Origin: Dehalococcoidia bacterium
GTDB taxonomy: Bacteria; Chloroflexota; Dehalococcoidia; GIF9; UBA5629
Direction of reading: 5' to 3'
NCBI GenBank assembly: GCA_050011565.1
Contig: JBEKIW010000001.1
Location: 448,001 to 512,000 of the forward strand
DNA length: 64,000 nt
Part shown: positions 47,601 through 55,693 of the stretch, piece after piece
How the letters are laid out: every line of letters starts with the position of its first letter
Position numbering within the stretch: the first letter of the stretch is position 1
Translations under genes and position numbers: made by a program
Notes under the pieces: generated by a model
What the model saw: the letters and a program-made list of their open reading frames with translations, nothing else
What the model was told of the DNA's origin: nothing
The model's database searches: none

Positions 47601-48416
47601 ATGGGACGACCTTTATGGTTTGTCGGACTTATCAAGAAAGCTTTCCCCGCCCGGTTTCTAGCCGCCAAACTGACCAGATTGCCATTGATTGGCACGGCGA
47701 TTGACCGCTGTTTTTTTGCCGGTGACGACATAATTTACCTGCCCAAAGACCGGGTAATTCCCCTGAATATATCCGTTGATAGGCCTGATCAGGTGGTATT
47801 GCCATCTCAGGTGGTAGGGCATTTTATTGAGAAGGCAAATTATCACTGGATTATGAATACCTGCATCTGCCGTGATGCCTCTAAGTGCCAAGACTACCCG
47901 ATTGACCTCGGCTGTCTCTTACTGGGAGATGCGGTATTAGGTATTAATCCGGAACTCGGCCGCCGTGTGACTAAAGAGGAGGCACATGACCATGTACGGC
48001 GCTGCCGGGAAGCCGGCTTGGTTCATCTCATCGGCCGCAATAAGCTTGACACAGTGTGGCTCGGTATTGGGCCAGGTAACAGATTGCTCACTATATGCAG
48101 CTGCTGCCCCTGCTGTTGTCTGTGGCGGATACTACCTCATATCGCTCCTCAAATTAGCGCCAAAACAACGAGAATGCCTGGGGTTAAGGTGACTGTTAAC
48201 GGGCAATGCACCGGCTGCGGGACCTGTGCTCAAGGCGTATGTTTTATTGATGCTATCCATCTGGTCGACAATCATGCTGTCAGAAGTGATGACTGTCGTG
48301 GTTGTGGTCGCTGTGTTGATATCTGCCCCCAGGGAGCAATTCAAATTTCGATTGACGAGGAACAATTCGTAGAAAAGACAATCGAACGCCTGGCTCCTTT
48401 GGTTGATGTTTCGTGA
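47601..48416 (+). CDS. 4Fe-4S dicluster ferredoxin-domain protein
   Basis: CICR, ICSCCPCCC, CTGCGTC...C, CRGCGRCVDICP. Confidence 0.88.
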   Translation: MGRPLWFVGLIKKAFPARFLAAKLTRLPLIGTAIDRCFFAGDDIIYLPKDRVIPLNISVDRPDQVVLPSQVVGHFIEKANYHWIMNTCICRDASKCQDYPIDLGCLLLGDAVLGINPELGRRVTKEEAHDHVRRCREAGLVHLIGRNKLDTVWLGIGPGNRLLTICSCCPCCCLWRILPHIAPQISAKTTRMPGVKVTVNGQCTGCGTCAQGVCFIDAIHLVDNHAVRSDDCRGCGRCVDICPQGAIQISIDEEQFVEKTIERLAPLVDVS

Positions 48417-48453
48417 TTAAGGATATTGTGCCAAAATTCTTATGGCAGTTGGT

Positions 48454-48482
48454 CTGCGGCGAACCGCCGCAGTCTAGATAGT
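48454..48482 (-). promoter_or_regulatory. Putative SECIS for the C-terminal UGA (48483-48485)
   Basis: CTGCGGC-ggttc-GCCGCAG on the minus strand; GT at +19/+20. Confidence 0.65.
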
Positions 48483-49184
48483 TCAGCCGCCGCCGAAACC
48501 CACCTTGACCTCGTCTCCAATTACCAGAATAGGAACTATGCCTTTACCGTTCGAAAGACGCATTACCTCCCGGACAACCTTCGGGTTGTCCTGAGTGCTT
48601 AACTCGTTATAAGGAACACCACGCTCTTCAAGGTCCTGCTTAGCTGCAGCACAAAAGGGACAACCTGGCTTTGTGTATATAGTTACCTGTCTTGGCACAT
48701 GAACAGTATTAATCTTGGTATCAAGTTCGTAGAGCTTCTCGATGACGAACTGGACATAATGGTCGCATTTTTCCTTCGAGATACCCGATTCCTGGAACCG
48801 TTGGTATCCCCCGGGTTCAGAAAAATCGATCCCAACCAAATTGAGGCAAATAATAGAGCCGAATTTCTCGTTGAATTCCCTGATAAGTTCACTCGCGTTT
48901 TGACGTGCATCTAATCGTGCTTGCTTGGTCTTCTGTTTATCTGTTGCGTAATTACCATGGCGCAAACCGAGGCAAATTGCTGCAGCAGATATGGCGCCGC
49001 ATGGTGCTTGCTGTTGCCCACCTATGCCACCTGTGAATGCGGTGCCCGACCAAAGAAGGTCTTCGTTGCCCAGTCCGTAAGTTTCCCACATAACTTGCAG
49101 GACGCTCGGACCTCAGTGGTAACCCCGATGCATCAGTTCGATGGCACGCTCCTTAGCCTCCTTAAGCGACATCTTTAATGTCAT
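48474..49184 (-). CDS. C-GCAxxG-C-C family domain fused to a Uxx-star-type glutaredoxin; two probable selenocysteines
   Basis: GAGAGG RBS and ATG 49184: ...RGYH-UGA-GPSVLQVMWE...PCGAISAA...IC...KC...YTKPGCPFC...VGFGGG-UGA-TI-stop. Confidence 0.8.
49070..49112 (-). promoter_or_regulatory. Putative SECIS for the N-terminal UGA (49113-49115)
   Basis: GTCCG..CCTGCA-agtta-TGTGGG..CGGAC; GT at +19/+20. Confidence 0.6.
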
Positions 49185-49400
49185 GATTGCCTCTCTTCTA
49201 TTGCTGTTGAGTATGCGACGGTTTGTAAGTATGTTAATTCTACTACTTAATAAGTGTCAAGGTCTGAAAGAGTTGCGGGTATTCTGTGCAGACGTACGCG
49301 GGTTTTCGTATGGTACTAGTGAGCGAAAGCGCGTAGAATGTAATTAATGATAGCACAGACTTTAGGCTACTAAAATATAGTCATATAAAGGAGGAAAAGG

Positions 49401-49703
49401 ATGGAAGTCAGAGTTGCATCTACAAAAGACGTGTCCACCGGGAAAATGATAGGTATTGAAAATAGTGGCCAAAAAATAGTTGTCGCCAACGTAAACGGAG
49501 CATATTATGCGGTGGGAAATATTTGTACACATAGAGGTTGCAAGCTTTCGGATGGGACTCTAAATGGAGAAAAAGTTCAGTGTCCCTGTCATGGTTCAAT
49601 TTTTGATATAAGAACCGGAGCAGTTATAAAAGGACCGGCAACGAATCCTGAGAAATCTTTCAAGGTAAGAGTTGATGGAGACGCGATATTAGTTACCATA
49701 TAA
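49401..49703 (+). CDS. Rieske-type 2Fe-2S ferredoxin
   Basis: CTHRGC...CPCHGSIFD. Confidence 0.92.
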   Translation: MEVRVASTKDVSTGKMIGIENSGQKIVVANVNGAYYAVGNICTHRGCKLSDGTLNGEKVQCPCHGSIFDIRTGAVIKGPATNPEKSFKVRVDGDAILVTI

Positions 49704-49817
49704 GACAAAAAGCGAGTTTAAGATTAGACTGTGCCAGAAACATTGCATTTTACTTATAAAACATTTTCGTTAAGAGGGTGAACTGAAGTAGGGAGTCTGC
49801 GGGTCGCGCCTTAAAAC

Positions 49818-49881
49818 GAATGGTGGGCCTAAGTGTACAATAGACAGAACTTTTCGTCTTCACTTCAGCCTATCTCGATAG
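49818..49881. other. Possible att-site scar (tRNA 3'-end 15-mer on the minus strand plus recombinase-like tail)
   Basis: TGGTGGGCCTAAGTG is the reverse complement of CACTTAGGCCCACCA; the + frame reads NGGPKCTIDRTFRLHFSLSR-stop. Confidence 0.4.
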
Positions 49882-49981
49882 CAGCCGATTACACAAAACA
49901 GGCTAATGTTCAAAGCACAACGATTGACACTTAGCCTGAATGTGGTATATCCTACGCTCAAATACAAAAGGGAGGTGTTTA

Positions 49982-50122
49982 ATGCAAGCATACTGTATGA
50001 AATGTAAAACAAAGAGGGAAATGAGTAATCCGAAAGCCATTAAGATGAAGAATAGCAGGCCGGCAACACAAGGTACTTGCCCAAAATGCGGAACTAAGAT
50101 GTTTAGGATTGGCAAGGGTTAA
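49982..50122 (+). CDS. DUF5679 small basic zinc-ribbon protein, copy 2
   Basis: MQAYCMKCKTKREM...GTCPKCGTKMFRIG; GGGAGG RBS; TTGACA at 49924. Confidence 0.88.
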   Translation: MQAYCMKCKTKREMSNPKAIKMKNSRPATQGTCPKCGTKMFRIGKG

Positions 50123-50145
50123 ATCAATTTATTCTGAGATTCGAC

Positions 50146-50182
50146 AGAGCTGGGTATTTGGGTACAAATGCCCAGCTTTTTT
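50146..50182 (+). terminator. Intrinsic terminator
   Basis: AGCTGGGTATTTG-ggta-CAAATGCCCAGCT followed by a T run. Confidence 0.8.
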
Positions 50183-50354
50183 ATTAAAACTGTACAATAT
50201 GGACAATTGTGTTATCGAGTGGGCCTTCGAAAATAAATTCTCTCAATTGAGTACATTACACTTTCTAAACTAAACTGTATATTTACGGCAACTAACCCCA
50301 AAACAAATTCAGAATAGCAAAGAACAGCTGCAGAACATGTTGCCTCTTAAACCT

Positions 50355-51248
50355 TTAAGGTGGTGTCACACTTACTGAAATCTGATAACCCTCTTTTGCA
50401 CCATTCTGAACCAATACATCGAAATCCCGAACCTCACCAGGCTTAAATGCTGCAGGTTGCAAGTCGATAGATCCTGGCTGATTAAATGTCCTACCCTCCA
50501 ACCCTTCTACTTCGTATTGTACCCAGATGGTTACATCAAGAGATGCTTGTGTAACTTCACCTGTGTTCTTAACTTTCCCACGAACATAAGTAAAAGTACC
50601 AGCTGGTGGATGCTGCTCAATTACTAGACGGTGCTCAATTATTTGAATCTCTGATTTTGATAGAGGCGCAATTTTCGTGAAGTGGGCAACCAAATCCTTG
50701 TTTGAGTCCATAGTTACGTTAATAACCAGCGATATGTCTGTAGAAGCACCACTCCAATGACTAAATGTGTAGCCGCTCGATGGGCTAGCCGTTACGCTTA
50801 TCTGTTCGCCTTGCTGGTACTGACCACTTGATGGAGATACAGAACCAGCACCAGAAGGGTTGACACTTGTACTGAGAGCGAAGGTAGCCGGAGGAAGTGT
50901 TCCTGCTGGGGGCGAGGGCTGAGCTGTAGAAGGAGGGGTGCTAGGTGCAGTACCTTGCGAAGTCATGCCAACAGCACAGGCTATTCCACCTATCAAAAGG
51001 ACGAGCGTCATCACGCCAAGACCCACGATAAGCCACGGACTCTTCTTTTTGCGCTGGTTTTCTATCTGCTGGCCATAGCCAGCTTGCTGCTGATGCGCCT
51101 GCCAACCAACTGATTGTTGCTGATATTGTGATGGAGGTTGGGGTTGCTGTTGCGCTGGCCAATTTAGCTGTGTTCTGCAATGACCGCAGAACCTGACCCC
51201 AAAAGCAACTGGAGCACCACAGTTAGGACACTGATACCACTGCTGCAT
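50355..51248 (-). CDS. Zinc-ribbon/Gln-Pro-rich single-pass membrane protein with InlB-B-like repeat and Ig-like domain
   Basis: CPNC...CGHC, Q/P-rich linker, TM helix, VTASPSSGYTFSHWSG, VRGKVKNTG. Confidence 0.75.
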   Translation of the reverse strand: MQQWYQCPNCGAPVAFGVRFCGHCRTQLNWPAQQQPQPPSQYQQQSVGWQAHQQQAGYGQQIENQRKKKSPWLIVGLGVMTLVLLIGGIACAVGMTSQGTAPSTPPSTAQPSPPAGTLPPATFALSTSVNPSGAGSVSPSSGQYQQGEQISVTASPSSGYTFSHWSGASTDISLVINVTMDSNKDLVAHFTKIAPLSKSEIQIIEHRLVIEQHPPAGTFTYVRGKVKNTGEVTQASLDVTIWVQYEVEGLEGRTFNQPGSIDLQPAAFKPGEVRDFDVLVQNGAKEGYQISVSVTPP

Positions 51249-51532
51249 CTCACCACCTACTCATTGATATTCCCAAGCTGTATTATAGACAATTCTCATC
51301 AGCCAGTAAATAGTATGAAACGACAAAGCATTAAAACTGAACTTTTCGCCCTTTTGTTTATGCATTTGTCACATTGGAGCTGGCCGGATACTTTTATTAA
51401 TTATTTCTTGAGAAATATTTGAGCTCATATTGAACAAGCCGCTAGATGTCTCTGGAATCGTTGCGCCAGCCGGTTGAGGACAAGGTAATTACCATCAGCC
51501 GTGCCCAGGGCAGCGTCACCTTTCCGGCCAAC

Positions 51533-51570
51533 TTAATGCCCGTCTTTCAAGGTCTATAAACCCTCATCTT
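51533..51570 (+). repeat. 38-bp imperfect direct repeat, copy 1
   Basis: TTAATGCCCGTCTTTCAAGGTCTATAAACCCTCATCTT; 34/38 identical to 54055-54092. Confidence 0.85.
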
Positions 51571-51852
51571 CACGAACTAAAGGCTATACACGATATTCTT
51601 ACAAAGCGTTAGTAAAGATTCTGCTACTAAAGCGCCAGTTTATATGCTACTTTCCAGGTAACGTAGTTATAGCGAACGTCGCTCTGTCACATGCTCCTAT
51701 CACGTGAGTGTCGAGCAGTGGATTAATCGGCCACCTGATTAAAGTCCTCTGGTATCCACGCGTACTGCTGCAAAAAATGGAGTAGAGAGTATTTTATTCT
51801 GGTTTGGGTGTATAATTGAGGCATAAAATCAATATTGTAGAGCTATGACCAC

Positions 51853-53283
51853 ATGGTTTTTAACATAACAGTCAAGAATTTCAAATCGATATCCTCTATT
51901 GACTTGGCACTCAAAGAAGGTTTGAACATTCTGATTGGCCCTAACGGGTCAGGTAAGACTTGCATACTCACTTCACTAAAATTCGTGCGTGATTTGTTTG
52001 TATTAGGGGCCGCACAAGCGACGGCAAGAAATGGAGGAGCCACACGTATATTCCGAAGAGGAGAGGATACAGTCTCATTCTCCATAGAACACGATTATGG
52101 TGACAGAGTATATCGAAAACGAAAATGGCCATGCACATTCTCTTGGAGAGTTGAGATTTCTCAGATGGGGCCAGAGAAGATTGCCGCCATAAAGTGTGAG
52201 GACGTGAGTATATATGCTAATGTGCGAGGCAAGCAAAAGCTTCTATTTCGCTTGAATGTTGACCGAGGAAATCCACAAAGCACTAAAACAATACTGCACC
52301 TATCTGAACCCCATGAATTCGGGCGTGACCTATTCTCACGGTGGAATAGGATGTTTTCATCCAAGTCAAAGAAAGACATACATAGTGAATTTGAGGAAAG
52401 AATGCTGCGGCTTATTATTAGACGGGCAAGAGTACGACCAGATGAGTCCGTGTTTCCACTCATTATGAGATTTGATGACAAACTTCAACATTTATATAAC
52501 CTCTTCTTCTATCTTAATGAATATAATATTCACCCTGATACCGCGCGACAATCCGCAGAGCGTCTGCCTTTCGCTAAAATGCAGCCAAATGGAGATGGGG
52601 TAGCTGAAGTAATCGACGCATTGGAGAAGAGGAGCTTTGATAGAATAGAGTTGGCCCGATATTATGGTATGGAAAGCTTTATGGGTTACGATTACCCCAT
52701 GACTGATTTTCCATATTATGCATACCCTCATCGTTATGATTACAGATTTCGGAGATACACTCCTACGGAACTGCAGAGAGTCTACAAACAGGCCTTCGAA
52801 AACATTAACAAGGAATTATCTGCAGCAGTAAAACCTATTGAAAGTGTAAGTGTTAAGATAGATGAGACTAACGGCAAGCGATTCGTCGTCTTTCGGGCAG
52901 GCAAGGAAACATTTTATCCGCAGGAAGTTTCTGACGGAACCATAAAATGGTTGTGTATTTTGGTTAGCATTTTTGTTCCATATTCCTCGGTTTATATACT
53001 CGAGGAGCCGGAGAACTTCCTTCACCCTTGGATGCAGCAACGATTAATCAGCATGATGCGAGAACATGCGAAGATAAACAATGCTATTTTCGTACTGGCA
53101 TCTCACTCGTCTACAGTACTCAATTCGGCGTTTGCCGAAGAGGTTCTTATTGTAAGTCAAACCAAGGATGGTACGAAAATCAACGAAATTGCTGATAAAG
53201 AAGAAATAGAGCGTGTTCTTCTGGAATCTGACTTCCGTCTTGGTGATTTCTGGGTAAGTGGCGCATTAGGTGGAGTTCCTTAG
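51853..53283 (+). CDS. AAA_21/ABC-type ATPase
   Basis: IGPNGSGKT, VSDGT signature, ILEEPENFLHP, ASHS. Confidence 0.88.
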   Translation: MVFNITVKNFKSISSIDLALKEGLNILIGPNGSGKTCILTSLKFVRDLFVLGAAQATARNGGATRIFRRGEDTVSFSIEHDYGDRVYRKRKWPCTFSWRVEISQMGPEKIAAIKCEDVSIYANVRGKQKLLFRLNVDRGNPQSTKTILHLSEPHEFGRDLFSRWNRMFSSKSKKDIHSEFEERMLRLIIRRARVRPDESVFPLIMRFDDKLQHLYNLFFYLNEYNIHPDTARQSAERLPFAKMQPNGDGVAEVIDALEKRSFDRIELARYYGMESFMGYDYPMTDFPYYAYPHRYDYRFRRYTPTELQRVYKQAFENINKELSAAVKPIESVSVKIDETNGKRFVVFRAGKETFYPQEVSDGTIKWLCILVSIFVPYSSVYILEEPENFLHPWMQQRLISMMREHAKINNAIFVLASHSSTVLNSAFAEEVLIVSQTKDGTKINEIADKEEIERVLLESDFRLGDFWVSGALGGVP

Positions 53284-53284
53284 C

Positions 53285-53842
53285 ATGCGTAAGGTTGGCG
53301 TTATTGTAGATGGGCAAGGTGATTATAACAGTCTAAAGGCTCGATTTGTAGAAAATTGTAGGATTCTAAAGACAGACGGGCCGAGAAGCCATACTACTCC
53401 CATTGAAGCTATTGTGTTAGGTTCTCGCAAACAAATCTCCATGCTCAGGGCTTGCGGTTGCAACAAAGTAGTAATCCTAACTGATTTTGAAATGAGAACG
53501 GATGACTATGATCACTTCGTTGCTACGTTAAGAAGCCGATTAACTGCTCAGTATGCTGGAAATCGAGTCACTGCAGCTGTCCCAAATAGGATGATAGAAA
53601 ACTGGTATCTAGCTGATATTGAACAGTTGTCGAGTCAGAAATCCTTTATCATGAACAATTTAAGGCAGAAGAATTACGAAGGTTCGAATGGCAAAGATGA
53701 GCTTAAGAAGTGTTTTACAGGCAAACACTCATATAGCGAAACAATACACGGCCCCCAAATGTTCGAGATTCTCAGATTTCACATAGCAAGGCGTAACAGT
53801 GGCTCCCTGCATGACTTTCTTCTGATACTTGAAGGAAACTGA
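53285..53842 (+). CDS. DUF4276-like (TOPRIM-like) protein
   Basis: GVIVDGQGD, ILTDFE, MIENWYLAD, YSETIHG, SLHDF; coupled to the ATPase. Confidence 0.7.
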   Translation: MRKVGVIVDGQGDYNSLKARFVENCRILKTDGPRSHTTPIEAIVLGSRKQISMLRACGCNKVVILTDFEMRTDDYDHFVATLRSRLTAQYAGNRVTAAVPNRMIENWYLADIEQLSSQKSFIMNNLRQKNYEGSNGKDELKKCFTGKHSYSETIHGPQMFEILRFHIARRNSGSLHDFLLILEGN

Positions 53843-54054
53843 TAGTAAAGTAACCTGCTGGATTTGTCGTGTGACGCTAGTGCATATTGTCCGGCGCTGA
53901 GCACCTGAGTAAGGCCGCAAAACTAAAGATTCCTCCCACCATGCTTACGGCCCTACCTAATATTGGTACTCTTTGGCCTATCATCTTAATAGCTGCACTA
54001 GTATCGCGGCTATATATGTATTGATTTTGTTGCTACGTAGGCTTTCTTAATCAG

Positions 54055-54092
54055 TTAATGCCAGTATTTCAAAGTCTATAAACCCTTATCTT
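54055..54092 (+). repeat. 38-bp imperfect direct repeat, copy 2
   Basis: TTAATGCCAGTATTTCAAAGTCTATAAACCCTTATCTT. Confidence 0.85.
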
Positions 54093-54330
54093 TCCTTGTT
54101 TTGCCCATTCCCTATTATGTTGAATGTGGCTTCGCGTTCCAACATGGAACCCCAGCAGCAACATACCAGTCATTGCAAACAACCAATACTAGTACTAAGA
54201 TAGCGACATAACAACACTGCTCAGGAGGTGAAGAATGGGGAAAATGAAGGCAGTTATCCAAGCACTCTCAAACATGAATGTATCACGAATACTCGCGTCT
54301 ACACAAACCGCTATTTTGTGACATTCACGT

Positions 54331-54474
54331 TTATCGTCCTGTCATCAGGTACCACAGGGCTTGGAGCGGTTTCAGCTTGATGAATGGTGGGGGTACCTCC
54401 AGCTGGATTTTCTCGGCTACGGGGGAGGTGTTGATTCGGTCAACCTCCCGCCAGATAATGCGTTTGTCACTCAT
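54331..54474 (-). CDS. Small hypothetical protein (47 aa)
   Basis: AGAGGA RBS, then MSDKRIIWREVDR...; no recognisable family. Confidence 0.35.
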   Translation of the reverse strand: MSDKRIIWREVDRINTSPVAEKIQLEVPPPFIKLKPLQALWYLMTGR

Positions 54475-54509
54475 AATCTTTTCCTCTAAGTTGAGATTGA
54501 GGATGCCTC

Positions 54510-55328
54510 TTATTTTAACTGCTTGTTTCGTTTGCATCCTTCAAATGTGTTCTTGTAGCAGAAGATGAGCATCTTCCTTGAATCGCTCAGCTTTTGTCTT
54601 TCAAGGCGCTTCTTAGACTTCGTAATAGCCCACTCGGTGCCGGCTTCGGATAGAAGCGCGCTGGCGAAGTCTTTAAGGTCTTTTTCAGTAACGTTTCGCT
54701 TAAACTCTTTGAACTCAGGTTTTCTTCCAGCAACGAATTCCTTTCGGGCTCTGGTATTCCTGTCTGAGTGGTGTAACAGATATACAGGCTTATAGTCAAA
54801 TTTACCCTGAACCCGTTTCTGGGTCAGAAAGTCAGCCACATCTCTGCCGATCGCAAACACTGTCGCATCTTCCCTGGCCACCAGCTTCAGCTCCTTTTCA
54901 AGCAACGGAAACCACCCCTCCCAGCGTTCTTTACGGCCATGCTTTGCCCTTTTCACCGGCATCGCGCCTTTGGACATGTCAGTGATGTAATAGGTCTGTC
55001 CTTCTGTGCACAGATACTTCTTAGCACAATAGTGTAAGATGCAGACCCCAAGGCTGCCAGGCATGAAGCTTCGGTATCCCTTGTTGACTGCTGCCTCCCC
55101 ACCTTTTCGCTTTGGAGTACTCCCTGCCCATTTCGTCGTTAGAGAAGGCTCCATTGCAATGAAAATGTAATCTGCCTGACAACTGGGCCTGATGAACGGT
55201 GGCACATAGACGGTATCCTTGCATTTGTCTCGGTCCCGTTTTACTTCTTTCTCGAAGCACTCCTCCAACTCTTCATACTGCTTTACGAAATCTGGCATCA
55301 TAACCCCCTTTTCGTTTCTTAAGTCCAT
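54510..55328 (-). CDS. Divergent uracil-DNA glycosylase-fold protein
   Basis: YIFIAMEPS, YYITDMSKG, LEKELKLV, VFAIGRDVA and LLHHS follow the UDG family 4-like motif order. Confidence 0.6.
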   Translation of the reverse strand: MDLRNEKGVMMPDFVKQYEELEECFEKEVKRDRDKCKDTVYVPPFIRPSCQADYIFIAMEPSLTTKWAGSTPKRKGGEAAVNKGYRSFMPGSLGVCILHYCAKKYLCTEGQTYYITDMSKGAMPVKRAKHGRKERWEGWFPLLEKELKLVAREDATVFAIGRDVADFLTQKRVQGKFDYKPVYLLHHSDRNTRARKEFVAGRKPEFKEFKRNVTEKDLKDFASALLSEAGTEWAITKSKKRLERQKLSDSRKMLIFCYKNTFEGCKRNKQLK

Positions 55329-55693
55329 TTTATTATATCATTTGAGGTTTTCATTTTAGCTTCAAAGCAAATATGGAATATATGAATAATTTCAGCTGAT
55401 TCTGAAGCTGACATGGTGACCTGCTCCCAACAAATATATATTTGCTAAATCAGCCTCACTAGCATAATAGCATCAGGAGTAGGCGGTCGATAATTGAGTT
55501 CACTATGTGAGTTCCTGTTCAATAGATGGGAATTGCACGATAGTCAGTATTGTTGCCTAACTCCACAGCTGCCAATAATGGCTACGTTTTTGTCCGGGGT
55601 GCGTTGTGCCTCTTTATTTTCGTTATCCTTGACATGTCTACGCAATTTGATTATGCTCAAATTGGCGGCGTTCGATTCGGTTAAGTTGGGGCA

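Noticed and set aside
53905-53960. tRNA 3' end or c-di-GMP riboswitch (GCCGCAAAAC...CCTCCCACCA)
   Set aside because: No T-loop, and no GGCAAACC/GNRA P2 elements; the match is too short
55555-55692. Integron attC site (GCCTAAC...GTTGGGG)
   Set aside because: No convincing internal L-box pairing, no cassette array and no integron integrase
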